From the NCBI GenBank assembly GCA_046482545.1, contig JAWOEX010000010.1, positions 32,001 through 96,000 on the forward strand: a stretch of 64,000 nt of DNA, read 5' to 3'. Position numbers and translations under genes: made by a program. This DNA comes from Candidatus Thorarchaeota archaeon. GTDB lineage: Archaea > Asgardarchaeota > Thorarchaeia > Thorarchaeales > Thorarchaeaceae. Below the pieces are notes generated by a model that was not told the DNA's origin, did no database searches, and saw only the letters and a program-made list of their open reading frames with translations. Shown one piece after another: positions 29,801 to 37,092 of this stretch. Numbering within the stretch: the first letter of the stretch is position 1; every line of letters starts with the position of its first letter.

Positions 29801-32104
29801 ACTAGCACCTGTAATTGGATTGCCATTGTAAGCATCTCGCACCGTTATTCGGACGGTGAAGTCATCTCCGACTGGTGTTGAGGGGGGAGTCTCGTACAGG
29901 ATTTCGGTTTCATGTGATAGGTCAATATCGAAGTAATAACTTGCATTGTTGTAGTAGGGATGATAAGAATCTATGTTGATTCTCCATCTGCCTTCAGTAG
30001 CTAGGTCTGTCGTGTTCAAAGTTCGGCTATAGGTTCCGTTTCCGTGGTCGACGAGCGTCTTCTGGGTGGCAGTTCCGTCTACTGTCCAGTTCATTGCAAC
30101 AGTAGCGCCTTCGACATAGTCTGATATGTTGTCATCATCTTGCAAATCTAGAACAACGTAAAGCATGTCGCCTGCAATCTTGTTAGAAAGCTGGTCACCT
30201 ACGGCGTCACCAGGCGATTTCAATTTCAGAGAAGTGTCGTGTTTAACTATAAAATTCCGCTCATAGAGGCCAGTCTTGTTGGTCACTGAAGTCCCAGTGT
30301 CATTGTAGTAAGTACTAGCAGTCCATTCACCGGCTGGCGCAGTTGAATCAATGGTTTTGATGAATGTGTGTTCAGGTGAAGTACGTTGAGTGTGCGTACC
30401 TTTCTGTACGAATGTATCGGGAGAATTCTGGCTATCATATTCTGCTGAAATCCAAGCCTGTGACCGTATCCCTGTAGATACTCTAACTTCATCAATCGAG
30501 CCATTCAGGAAACCTGTGCTTTCTCCGCTTCCAGTTTCGTAGGAACCTCCACCGATACCCCAATCAGCACTGAATGAAAGGCTCCCTATATTCGATCCAG
30601 AATGGGAATCTGTACGATTCACGCTATCAATGTATATGTCGTTATTGACCATTGAATCCGCATCAAGAGTAACGGAGTAATGATACCATCCGGGAGACCA
30701 ATATGTAGCGTTTGTATACGTGTACGTGGGTGAGTCAGCAGAGCTTTCGACTTTCCATACGAGTGTTCCAGCGGGAACACTCCCGTAATCTGTACCAGCT
30801 AGAGCTACAACCATATCACGGTCCGCATCCAAATACTTTGACATAATAACCTGAGTAGCGGTAGATGAACTATCAAATGCTGAGTTCAAATAGAACCAGC
30901 CAGAAATCGTAACGTCGCCTTCGGGTTCAAGTCCCTCGGTTGCATTCACGGAAATCCAGTCATCTGTACCATCGAACTCTTGGGCATATTGGACAATACC
31001 TAGTTCGTAATAATTTCCATGCTGTACCCCATCATAATCGCCTGATGTGCTGTCTTCGTGAATGTTACCATCAGCCTCATCAGGATAAGTCTCATCAAGG
31101 TGCCACGCCGCTTCATACCCATTCGTCCACACATCAGTTGTGTTTTCACACGGACCAACAGCTGGATTGCCATAGTACATGTACACAGTACTGGGTGCTG
31201 AAGACGAAAGATTTGTTTTGACCCATGCAGTCAACTCGCCCAATGACTGAGTGAACTCTGTCAATTCATGAGGTAGAACTTCCCCATTCTGAACGAAGAC
31301 AATATCATCCCCATCAGACTGCACTTTGTTTTGATTTTTCAAGTCGGTGTCAGTAATGTTTACTAACAGGGGAAAATCATTCAAGTCTGAATCTACATTG
31401 GAGGCTGAAACGGTAAGTGGTAACCTGTTTTCAAAAGAGGGGACATGCCAAGCGGTGCTTGGTGTTCCTGTGGTATTATAGGTGGAATTCCAGACAGTAC
31501 CATAAGGGTCTGTTAGTTCAAATCCAACTCGTGCATTCTCAATCCAAGGAGTAGTGCTTCTCAACTTCAAATCATCGCCAACGTTGAGGACAGCACTATC
31601 TGATAATGACTGACCGCTAACACCGAGTTGAAGATTCTCGATGTAGTTTGTGCCTATGAATTTGATAGTCCATACGCCATGTACATCAACGGAGGAATTG
31701 TAGATAGTAAGAGTACCAAGTGAGTAATCCCATTCTGTTCCTTGATTTCTCACGTTTCCAAGAGAGTCAATGACTTTTGTGGGACGCCACTCCAACCTCG
31801 GATAGTAGATTTCGACATCTCCAATTTGAGTTTCATTATCAAGAATGTCTATCTCTGAGGTCCAGTTGACAAATGTACTCGCGTTGCTAACAGAGAAAGT
31901 GGTTGGAGCAGTATCCGTAATGCCGCCAATCGAATATTCCAGTGACTGACCAGAGCCGGAGTATAACCCTGACTCTTCTGCCAGGGCGCCCGGTGAAGAA
32001 CCAAGAAGGGGAGATTCTGTGGGTCTGAACGGTGTTGAATTAAGATTCGTAGGAATCAAGATAAGAATTGACACAATCACTACTGCTAGGGCTATTCGCC
32101 TCAT
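17828..32104 (-). CDS. Giant (4758 aa) cell-surface protein: signal peptide, DUF2341, LamG, dozens of Ig-like modules, single TM, about 240-aa cytoplasmic tail
   Basis: Uninterrupted 14.3-kb ORF. DUF2341-like (DGDDIVF..WVK..YMYYGN), LamG (WHLDE..FDG..TISGW..GSIDEVRVS), about 95-aa beta-rich modules with abundant N-x-S/T, TM ISIVIILLLLAYIKIW. Confidence 0.92.
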   Translation of the reverse strand: MRRIALAVVIVSILILIPTNLNSTPFRPTESPLLGSSPGALAEESGLYSGSGQSLEYSIGGITDTAPTTFSVSNASTFVNWTSEIDILDNETQIGDVEIYYPRLEWRPTKVIDSLGNVRNQGTEWDYSLGTLTIYNSSVDVHGVWTIKFIGTNYIENLQLGVSGQSLSDSAVLNVGDDLKLRSTTPWIENARVGFELTDPYGTVWNSTYNTTGTPSTAWHVPSFENRLPLTVSASNVDSDLNDFPLLVNITDTDLKNQNKVQSDGDDIVFVQNGEVLPHELTEFTQSLGELTAWVKTNLSSSAPSTVYMYYGNPAVGPCENTTDVWTNGYEAAWHLDETYPDEADGNIHEDSTSGDYDGVQHGNYYELGIVQYAQEFDGTDDWISVNATEGLEPEGDVTISGWFYLNSAFDSSSTATQVIMSKYLDADRDMVVALAGTDYGSVPAGTLVWKVESSADSPTYTYTNATYWSPGWYHYSVTLDADSMVNNDIYIDSVNRTDSHSGSNIGSLSFSADWGIGGGSYETGSGESTGFLNGSIDEVRVSTGIRSQAWISAEYDSQNSPDTFVQKGTHTQRTSPEHTFIKTIDSTAPAGEWTASTYYNDTGTSVTNKTGLYERNFIVKHDTSLKLKSPGDAVGDQLSNKIAGDMLYVVLDLQDDDNISDYVEGATVAMNWTVDGTATQKTLVDHGNGTYSRTLNTTDLATEGRWRINIDSYHPYYNNASYYFDIDLSHETEILYETPPSTPVGDDFTVRITVRDAYNGNPITGASIASNGSLIDTTDNGDGTYDLVLNSEGLTTGNYVYHINATPTETYLLKSTVDIVFTLRDIHTATYGVGGNSVSTPYEIDTSFTITYNDTDHSYDGISGANWFVNEPSGVTVGVSNNTDGSYDLAIDVGTTAVGTYNIEVTFSKTNYENSTFLLELTITEHDTFIVVDLDQEIPWGENSTFSVTWYDSDTGDTDISESVPVSDITVNGTSYGQNLGFDLDSDDWAVGTYHLNVTVYSDSDNYEDAWTNVTLEVRAHNTYIDVNHDQEIPWGENSTFAVTWYDSDTGGTNISGTVNVSDVTVNGSSYGQDLGFDFDSDDLTVDSYQLNVTVYSDSGDYVGAWTTVTLKIRPHHTYVEVNYDEEVPWGENSTFVVTWYDSDTGGSEIDVTNLDNVTVGSDYNETFSFEYDTSSLTVGSYQRDVDVHSSSVNYEDAHTIVNITIRAHHTYINVNHDQKVPWGANSTFLVTWFDSDTGGTNISDSVNITDMTVNGSSYGTDLGFSFDSDDLTVDSYQLNVTLYSGNGDYESAWTTVTLEIRAHHTTVTVDSSPVTPWGYDSDVSIVFWDVDTNSSVPITNVTPDGIQFNYETYGSEQFSTYSPTLTTSSWTVDTYSVTLSVSCVDSNRYYESASNNFTITIRAHQTTVTAVVDDATPWGFSTPATVTFWDTDNNEQVPIGNVSSIDFNPTGYDSQSESSYTPTLTTDAWDVGLVPTAITVQCVSSNLYYTSASSSFNITIRTHHTTLTAVATETTPWGYDTDIVVTFWDTDTDSEVPIDNVTSIQYSSSYGTQTPTKSYTPTLNTSNWDVGTETVTVEIDCADSNTYYEYQSSTFDITIRTHHTYIEVNYDEEVPWGENSTFVVTWYDSDTGGSEIDVTNLDNVTVGSDYNETFSFEYDTSSLTVGSYQRDVDVYSSSVNYEDAHTIVNITIRAHHTYINVNHDQNIPWGVDSFFNVTWYDSDTSGTDISSSVSPSDITVDGVSYGSSMTFNFDSSSWTVGTYYLNVTLFSSDSKYDDAWTTITLEIRAHHTSVTVDSSPVTPWGYDTNIEVVFWDEDTNSSVPSTNVTTDGIQFDYESYGSELFNTYSPTLSTSSWTVGTYSANLSVSCVGDNQYYDSASKNFEITIRAHHTTLSAVVDDATPWGFNTSVTVTFWDTDNNEQVPIQNVSSIDFNPTEYGSQSESSYTPTLTTDTWDVGVVSTSITVQCEGSNLYYNSASSSFDITIRTHHTTLTAVATEISPWGYDTDVAVTFWDTDTNSEVPIANVTSISYTSSYETQNHDGTYTPTLSTSSWDVGTETVTIEIECADTNTHYEAQSSTFDIIIRAHQTYIEVNYDEEVPWGENSTFVVTWYDSDTGGSEIDVTNLDNVTVGSDYNETFSFEYDTSSLEVGSYQRDVDVYSSSVKYENAHTVVNITIRAHHTYIDVNHDQEIPWGDTSSFTVTWYDSDTGGTTIDVSNLDQITVGVDSFSSFSFDYNTSSLGVGSYERDVDLFSNSSNYYGASTRVSISVRAHHTSPTVNYDSQLPWGYQSSFKVSWHDLDTGNSEINVTNLDNITVGIQSFDNLSFTYDTSNWELGEHQKSLNLYSSDAKYRDTSIIVNFTIIPHRTSIVVNADTNVPWGENSTFSLSWYDTDAGDSAITNNLDNVTVGSQSFENKSFDFMTDNWSVGTYRLDVHLYSSNSSYMHARTQVNVTIRPHHTSVSVTGGLTVPYGNKTPVTVVFWDNDWNEQVPIDNVSSNGVAFEYEESLGNQEFGNYSMRLNTTGWDVGSHSINLTITCVDSNQYYKGATHTFSVTIRRLGIRVTHEPTDLIIPSGDDFNIVLRVNVSEVGNQYDGYPISGLNNTEVRVENSTHTFSITWSDLTNGRYNLTLNSSELTDESYRIRITIKKSFGNYSSDYIVVEFRYRDARSYLSSPSYPQVTTPYDTDVEVRLNYTDVDRNKGIDNATITSEGITIYNEQNLGNGEYIVTLDVSGLSKGDHPFNLTAGASQYENKTLTFTLTIRIAYTYAIPTVGALDIPVGNDPVFYVDYWDTDHDEPVVNASLETTWNHDVNVTYLPGEERYKVIFSTEDTTPLQQNTVVTFNFSKGENYQFGIFNLTITVRTHNTDFRLVSSIDPRSLEGVFDISVYYGDLDNNVGINSTKVDFRVEEETLGSLNSSWDYDADPGFYTIYVNASQFTSLGIKTFIVYANWTGSVYTYKNRTFTTTANVVGQESSLTLLESAEPIPYLENMSYLLFFSDLNSGEGIDNETGAVHIYVEFQGYQVNTSNVDIWEVDRTNQPGNYSIRFNTTIFSTTGRIYMNLNVNWSKGVEPLYTNRTDTISLRILPRDTLISLTPPSPTSYGENGRFTFTFEDVTGAEAQDILDDDKLTISLNISFSYSHSAGTFTIEFNTTSFGELGTKSLQLNVTWAGSPFYANRTNRIVFIDVIARQTVLDYLAPAPTQYLDNVTFSVTWTDVTGTSSDGIENANVSIYNGSTAIDQEYYSVTVIGNGQYEIEFNTTYYDEPAEYELNVTIYSPEFYYFNSTGIRQFTVRQRVTLLSSEPIRKVPYNSSITVILNYQDLYTLDNIGNDSSLVTLEIRNGSDWFFTSEWKPDFGYYVVEIQTYNHPELNISDPTSLELNMSYEHTTPYYGPDTLFIEFELRIRSSSLSIDDTPETTPYNDNASLTVFYEDTDAEQGIEDGDIHVYNGSQPLNESAHYTLSSGSIGFYEISLNTSALGAPGQYTVNVYANWTLGSPYHDNATVSVRVRVRERDTNVEITVPPAQTRFLDNVTFSFVYTDLDADEPIVGITVDDVKIYLQDGTELTSGFSLVQDGESFEISIPSDLITDTLVSNYELNVTVDWDESQIPYYSDDQTIVKVSITNRIMSISLVPISTTPLRDNMTVEFTLADDDTANPITGAIVEFDCKDPSLSGYTLTEGTGSAEGTYSISFNTTQLNKTGTYSFDLVIKWNSTQQPYYANLSTITLRGSVDRIYTSLQNDPPNPSSVQYTDSVSVVVYFEDLDHNQTGIAGATMYVHYLEESIVPSNLVVDYIGSGAYNISFDTSNLEGTGSQTLNITAEIWPYTSRTVTPSFTVTVISTTLVPSQETIEIFWKEYANVSVDYNNLLDGNLIPGATVTYSWDGGSDVLEDPQGDGIYNGSIDTELAATGTRVVTINATKNQFATSVTTVTLVVKTLPSEIISITPAELVKDIDRGSQVNITLYLNDTNYVSAINDSYVDEIYATFQGTDYALTFNGTGGYYNTTIPDSATILPIDFYTVRLTAKLSNYDPASYQFKVNLLQTRTDLSLTGETNEDMVAVYSEIVNFTVLLTAPDLGITFSDATVSWYLADTGQSGNFTNAGDGVYWVAFNTTEDAPGFGIWGLSFKARPYANASEFAGSTASLSLTVKKITTQADRPPSLEVYWGWKGNVSFTYVDLSFNDTIAQADAPYALSEIRGTATAVGDGEYLVPVDTSLLVPDTYQLSLTFTKENYQEATAVIRIAVLEVPTEIVPEAPEKNCVENESTDLVVPVGESVDITFFYNDTDDSDGYVGGLENAVNITGISHTNLLETIRFDLEELGDGYYRYSFDTTSSALYQEGGPRSSPNPYTLLVKLELANRTTATIRISVTIIDIPTELSIIQVDRNLLYGDRGRIVIYYNDTWHNQPVTGANLSITGESELKLLSIEDSYPDEDRPGYYIVEYVAASPLLQADSGISTLVLLIEMENTEAQVIEQDVTVNPTQAAETLNTAFTFGTPISIVIILLLLAYIKIWSVPKRLRQINGQIKSLEKGKLPSPVEEAKSRQHLVAELYNDTYKEVELTKAPEEMPPEAIEVEVPELGELLMMLSILTKLTPEELEDFKGDIDKMRPSEKAAFIKEVIHQEAIRAAKREGKETDVIIEEVREDARKRLRGEDVPEEPEGAPEVREVEDVERILLEEEEEERLDEVTPAEPGTEAPPDRLSPYELEELRKDLQKRGVPPHEIDTIMKQAERLPRDLVDELLDSLDENGV
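25525..28760. repeat. Intragenic super-repeat, 1461-bp (487-codon) period, three copies of the most conserved module
   Basis: GTCGAGTTTT anchor at 25776, 27237 and 28698, each exactly 1461 apart. A block of about 128 bp (25659-25786 and equivalents) appears identical in all three copies. Confidence 0.9.
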
Positions 32105-32106
32105 AT

Positions 32107-32301
32107 TTAATGACCTCCGAGTTCAACTGGGAAAGCGACCTTCATTTGGAAGGCTGAAGATTTACCATCATAATTCAGATTAGGCAAAGATAAATCAAGC
32201 TTCTTTGAATGTACGTCCGGATCGTTATCTGAATTCGCCATTCTGAAATGTACAACAGCATAAAGTGAGCTCTTTTTATCTATAAAGGAGTTTTCCGTCA
32301 C
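32107..32301 (-). CDS. Possible small hypothetical protein directly upstream of the giant gene
   Basis: 64-aa ORF ending 2 nt before the giant ORF start; its end contains the GGAGGT SD for the giant gene. No recognisable family. Confidence 0.25.
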   Translation of the reverse strand: MTENSFIDKKSSLYAVVHFRMANSDNDPDVHSKKLDLSLPNLNYDGKSSAFQMKVAFPVELGGH

Positions 32302-32507
32302 TACTCATATCCTCCGGGCAGACATCCCAAGTACCAAGCAATTGAAACGGACAGATTTCATCAAAGTATACTTCTTACTGTCCTTGCCTGATTGTCCCGT
32401 AGTTAGGAAAGTGCATAATAAAGAATATCATCTAGAGTGTTTCGTTCCTTTGTCAAACCTTTCGTTTTTTCGATTCGCTTTTCCGACAAGTACCCAAATG
32501 GTATACA

Positions 32508-33230
32508 CTAGGTGGTTTTCATGTCTTCAGTTACCTGATCCAAATAGTCACGATATCCAAAAAATCGATAATCAAGACGATCAACCAGTTCCTCAATTAG
32601 ATTGTACGTCCGGTTACGCTCAGAATCCAGTGGGTGAACAGCAATTTGTAGGGGGCCACCTATTTCAGTTTCAACGATAATATCCTCTAGTGAAGGCTCC
32701 TTTGTCTTTTCGCTTATTATAGTTTCAACAGTTGAATACGACATACTGGAAGAAAGGGAAAAGACTTGATTACCAACTGCATAGTACGCAAAGCCAAGAT
32801 TAGAAAGGGCGGTTTTCAATCGTTTTGGAGCTACCCATCCAGGGGGAATAAAGCCGCTCGGTTTAACCCCGAAATTCTTTAGAATTGATTTCAAACCACT
32901 TCTAAGTCGTGAAGCTGTCTGCTGTTTGTCGAGATTCTTGAATTCTTCAGGACGTCCAGTTTTTGTGGTGTAAGAGAAACCATGAAGAGAAATCTCTAGG
33001 TCAAGAGAAAGCAAGTAATCCACAAGCATTGGATGCCTATCAAAACGCATATTCCGCTTTCTTTCCAAGAATGGAGTCACAAGCAGAGTGAATCTATCAA
33101 TCCCAAGATCTCTCAACCTGTCATAAGACGCTACTATGGCATCCTCGTAAGCGGGACTAATCTCATGCAGACTTAGTAGGACTGTGTTGTCTTCAACGAG
33201 TTGCATAGAATTGCCTGCACGATTGGGCAT
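32508..33230 (-). CDS. DUF2334/CE4 polysaccharide-deacetylase-like protein
   Basis: LSLHEISP, LLVTP, ISLHG, EEF, GFIPPGW, IAVHP.D. Confidence 0.8.
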   Translation of the reverse strand: MPNRAGNSMQLVEDNTVLLSLHEISPAYEDAIVASYDRLRDLGIDRFTLLVTPFLERKRNMRFDRHPMLVDYLLSLDLEISLHGFSYTTKTGRPEEFKNLDKQQTASRLRSGLKSILKNFGVKPSGFIPPGWVAPKRLKTALSNLGFAYYAVGNQVFSLSSSMSYSTVETIISEKTKEPSLEDIIVETEIGGPLQIAVHPLDSERNRTYNLIEELVDRLDYRFFGYRDYLDQVTEDMKTT

Positions 33231-33294
33231 ACAGATGAAAGAGTTTTCCTTGGTTATCTAAGTTGTGTTGATTTGAAGAACTTAGTTGACCCGA

Positions 33295-33531
33295 TTACCG
33301 TCCTCTCCGCCACTGTTTGTAGGCCAGTTCAACGTCAGCATCGGTAATCGTTTTCCGATCTGCATGCTCTGTAAGGTCAACTGCCATCCTGGCCAGCTCT
33401 TCACCCACCTCTTCAAGAATCTTGGCGAGTTTCTCCGCACCTGTATCACTAACTCGTTCTGCTCCGGCTTTTCTAATCAGCCTGTCTACTGGCGCCACTG
33501 GCAGAATTCTATCTTTCCGTGATCTTGGCAT
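33295..33531 (-). CDS. Archaeal histone (HMf/HTk type)
   Basis: LPVAPVDRLIRKAGAERVS ... A.DL..HADRKTI...DV.LA histone fold. Confidence 0.95.
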   Translation of the reverse strand: MPRSRKDRILPVAPVDRLIRKAGAERVSDTGAEKLAKILEEVGEELARMAVDLTEHADRKTITDADVELAYKQWRRGR

Positions 33532-33593
33532 AGTTTTTCATACTCCCTTTTGTATTGTCTGCTGGTTCTATAACACTTTTTCAGTGCATATCT

Positions 33594-33613
33594 CCCTTTA
33601 AAAGCGTTTATCT
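33594..33613 (-). promoter_or_regulatory. Candidate BRE/TATA promoter of the histone gene
   Basis: The minus strand reads AAGATAAACGCTTTTAAAGG about 65-80 nt upstream of the ATG. Confidence 0.35.
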
Positions 33614-33714
33614 TACAATATAGACCAACTGAAGTTTCAAACAGGAAAATAAGATATTATTACGCAGGTTAGCAATGAAGACATAGATTAGTTCATACAA
33701 AGAAGATAGGAATT

Positions 33715-34908
33715 TCAAGGCGATCTCAGGTTCAATACCTTGGAATCTCTCACTTCATCTTTCAGTATTGTGAAGTCCAGAGTCGAATCAAATTCTTCTA
33801 TCGAATCGATGTGTGGTTTGATTATGGGATACTGGGGGGGAAGGGTACAGCAAGTCTGAGCCCGAGCAGCGGGTTCATAGGTACCGAGCTGGCGCGATAA
33901 CTCCTGAATAGTCTCCTTGTCTTCACCAATACAAGGCCGTAGAACGGGCAACTCACAAATTGCACTGTCGATAGCCCGGATGTTTCTGCTTGTTTGTGAT
34001 GCTTGCTCACCAAGTATGTCACCCGTCACTATAACATCCGCATTCTCCTCAAAGCCAATCATTTGGGCAATCCGAAGCATGTTTCTCTTGCAGTAGACGC
34101 AGATCATGCGTTCCGGGACTTTTTCTACGATTTGCTCCAAATCTCTTTCGCGTTGTACTATGTACATCTTGACTTCATAATCATAAATGTATTTTGACAG
34201 AATCTTAGCTTGTTCTATCGCGGCCTCACGACATGTTGAATTTGAGTACCCAGCATTGTCAAGATATAGGAACACCGGGATGCAACCGCGTCTCATAACT
34301 TTATACGCTGCGATGGGAGAATCAAGTCCCCCAGATATCGTGCAAATTGCCTTTCCTTGTGTTCCAGTTGGCATGCCTCCGAGACCTTCAATTGTTGAAG
34401 TGAAAATGTATGCAGTGTCGGGACGTACCTCTACATAAATTAGGTTTTCCGGATTATCCAAGTCCACCGAAACTGAGTCATCTCCAAAGCTCTGGAGAAC
34501 CAAATCGCCCAGTTGAATCTTGATATCCATACTCGTGAAATCATGCTCGCCTACCCTGTGAGCATCTATTGCAAACGATTGGTCTTCGTCGATAACAGAT
34601 TTGGCAACTTCCAAGCCGACATCGAGAATCAAATCTAAGTCTGTATTCACCACAACAACTGGAGAAGTAGACACAACGCCAAAGACCCCCGCTGAAGCAT
34701 TGGCCGCTTTGTCAGCTTCTTCTGTTTCTATGAAGATGCGTCCAAATTCGGTTCTTATCTGTTCAAACGAGATGCCTTGCTCTCTCAGTGCAGATCGAAG
34801 ATGTCGAACCAACATATTGACGAGACGGTGCCTTGTCTGGCGAGACTTTATGCCTATCTCGCCGTAGCGAACTAGAACCGCGGAGTATTCTATACTTAAT
34901 ATCAACAC
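33715..34908 (-). CDS. thiI: tRNA 4-thiouridine synthase
   Basis: VRYGEIGIKS, THUMP domain, GGMPTGTQG, PP-loop SGGLDSP, TGD.LGEQASQT. Confidence 0.93.
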   Translation of the reverse strand: MLILSIEYSAVLVRYGEIGIKSRQTRHRLVNMLVRHLRSALREQGISFEQIRTEFGRIFIETEEADKAANASAGVFGVVSTSPVVVVNTDLDLILDVGLEVAKSVIDEDQSFAIDAHRVGEHDFTSMDIKIQLGDLVLQSFGDDSVSVDLDNPENLIYVEVRPDTAYIFTSTIEGLGGMPTGTQGKAICTISGGLDSPIAAYKVMRRGCIPVFLYLDNAGYSNSTCREAAIEQAKILSKYIYDYEVKMYIVQRERDLEQIVEKVPERMICVYCKRNMLRIAQMIGFEENADVIVTGDILGEQASQTSRNIRAIDSAICELPVLRPCIGEDKETIQELSRQLGTYEPAARAQTCCTLPPQYPIIKPHIDSIEEFDSTLDFTILKDEVRDSKVLNLRSP

Positions 34909-35046
34909 CTTCTGAAACAGTTGAGATTCTATATAGATTGATTCGTTGCTGTAAATAAGTGCAGGCTATTGCGGCATAATCCCATCAAATATTCAGTATC
35001 TCATATAAGAGTGGGTTCTCGTTCCCATCATGGGTTCTATATTATC

Positions 35047-37092
35047 ATGGGCCAGAGGAAACCCGTACTTGGTATCGATGTGGGTGGCACCTTCACTGAT
35101 TTAGTGCTGACCGATACAGAGACAGGAAAGCATGCCATCCACAAGATTCCGACAACCCCTTCCGCTCAAGAAGAAGCTGTAATCCAGGGTATACGCCAAA
35201 TACTTGATGAGACCAGTACCGACCCTAAGAGTATAAGTCTGATAATTCACGGGACGACTGCAGCGACCAATGCTCTACTTGAGCGTAAAGGTGCTAAGGT
35301 TTCTCTGGTTACTACTAGGGGGCTGGAAGATGTCATTGAAATAGGACGACAGAACAGAGAAGAAATCTACAGTCTTGTAGCGAGCAGACCAAAACCTCTT
35401 GTCAATCAGGAAAGGAGAATTGGTGTCGCGGAGAGAATTAACGAATCAGGAGATATCCTGCGTCAATTAACTCCTGGAGAAATTGAACGGGTACGCACGA
35501 AGGTGAAAGAAACCGATCCAGAATCCGTAGCAATTTCTTTGCTGTTCTCGTTCCAGAATCCGATACACGAAGAAATGCTGCTCCGAGAACTCGGGAACTC
35601 CTCTGACTGGTACACAGTAGCCTCCCACAATGTGCTTAGAGAATTCAGAGAATTCGAACGCACTTCAACAACGGTACTCGAAGCATATCTCGGACCCGTA
35701 GTCATAGATTATCTGGAGAGGCTTCGTGAAGGTATCCACCAGCTTTGCCCTAACGCGTCCTTAGCAGTTATGCAATCCAACGGAGGAACAATGTTGAGCT
35801 CCGAAGCAAGGGGGCACTCTATCTGGCTCGCAATATCAGGATTAGCAGGCGGGGTGATAGGAGGGTGGGCTGCTGCTCAACACCACAATATCATGAGAGC
35901 CATCACAGTCGATATGGGTGGTACCAGCTGCGACGTGAGTGCAGTTGAGGATGGTATCATAGTGAAAGCAGATAACAAAGTGGCCGGATTTCCGCTAAGA
36001 GTTCCATCTGTCGATGTACAAACCATCGGAGCAGGCGGAGGCAGCATTGCATGGATTGATGAAGCCGGAGTTCTGCATGTCGGACCACAGAGCGCAGGGG
36101 CGGATCCTGGGCCAGCTGCCTACGGACAGGGTGGACGGGATGCGACCGTAACTGACGCCAATCTCCTTATTGGCAGACTCAATCCAGACTACTTCTTGGG
36201 TGGAGAAATAAAACTCGATGCGAGGAAGGCCAGACAGGCTATCGAAAATCTTGCAAACGAATTGGATCTTCCGCTCATGGATGCTGCTTGGGGGATAACA
36301 CGAATCTCAACAGCTAACATGGTGCAAGCTATTCGAGAAGTCACGGTGGAACGGGGCATAGATCCAAGGGATTTCGTCTTGGTTCCATTTGGCGGTGCTG
36401 GCCCAACACAAGCCGTCGACATAGCTGAGATGCTCCAAATCGATAACATACTTGTACCAAGATATCCAGGCATTACATCGGCGATGGGCCTCGTGCAAGC
36501 GAATCCAAGAGTAGACAGAATGAGGACTGTGTTGACGAAAGCCAAGAGCGAACATACCTCTTCCCTATGGGAAACGTTGAAGGACCTGACTACAGAGGTG
36601 ACAACCAGACTAAAGAAACAGGGTTCAAAGGAGGGGAATATTGCATTCAACTGGGCCGTTGATATGCGTTATGAGGGACAGTCCCATGAACTCACGATTC
36701 CAGTGGAGCCATACACAGACGGATTGCTAGATGAATCAACGCACCGCTTTGAAGAAAGACACGAACAGGAATTCGGCTACAGGATGCAGGATAAGACCAT
36801 CGAGTGGGTCACAGCAAGAGTCACCGGGATAGTAGAACATCCAATGAGTACAAGAGGAAAGCAGTTCCATTCAGGTGAATCAGAAGTGGTTGATCTTAGG
36901 GAGGTTACTCTGATGGATGGAAGCAGAGCCAAAGCAGACGTGTTTAGAAGGGAACTGCTTGGACAGGACACACTCATCAAAGGTCCTGCAATCATCGAGC
37001 AGGTAGATACTACAACATGGATTGGCAATGGATGGGAAGGGCAACAATCTGCTGAAGGGGCACTATGGATAAGGAGGTGTAATCATGATTGA
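35047..37092 (+). CDS. hyuA: Hydantoinase/5-oxoprolinase A subunit (ATP-dependent)
   Basis: GIDVGGTFTD, HGTT.ATNALLE, DMGGTSCD, IGAGGGS, GPQSAGADPGP, FGGAG, DMRYEGQ. ATG at 35047 preferred as start. Confidence 0.93.
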   Translation: MGQRKPVLGIDVGGTFTDLVLTDTETGKHAIHKIPTTPSAQEEAVIQGIRQILDETSTDPKSISLIIHGTTAATNALLERKGAKVSLVTTRGLEDVIEIGRQNREEIYSLVASRPKPLVNQERRIGVAERINESGDILRQLTPGEIERVRTKVKETDPESVAISLLFSFQNPIHEEMLLRELGNSSDWYTVASHNVLREFREFERTSTTVLEAYLGPVVIDYLERLREGIHQLCPNASLAVMQSNGGTMLSSEARGHSIWLAISGLAGGVIGGWAAAQHHNIMRAITVDMGGTSCDVSAVEDGIIVKADNKVAGFPLRVPSVDVQTIGAGGGSIAWIDEAGVLHVGPQSAGADPGPAAYGQGGRDATVTDANLLIGRLNPDYFLGGEIKLDARKARQAIENLANELDLPLMDAAWGITRISTANMVQAIREVTVERGIDPRDFVLVPFGGAGPTQAVDIAEMLQIDNILVPRYPGITSAMGLVQANPRVDRMRTVLTKAKSEHTSSLWETLKDLTTEVTTRLKKQGSKEGNIAFNWAVDMRYEGQSHELTIPVEPYTDGLLDESTHRFEERHEQEFGYRMQDKTIEWVTARVTGIVEHPMSTRGKQFHSGESEVVDLREVTLMDGSRAKADVFRRELLGQDTLIKGPAIIEQVDTTTWIGNGWEGQQSAEGALWIRRCNHD

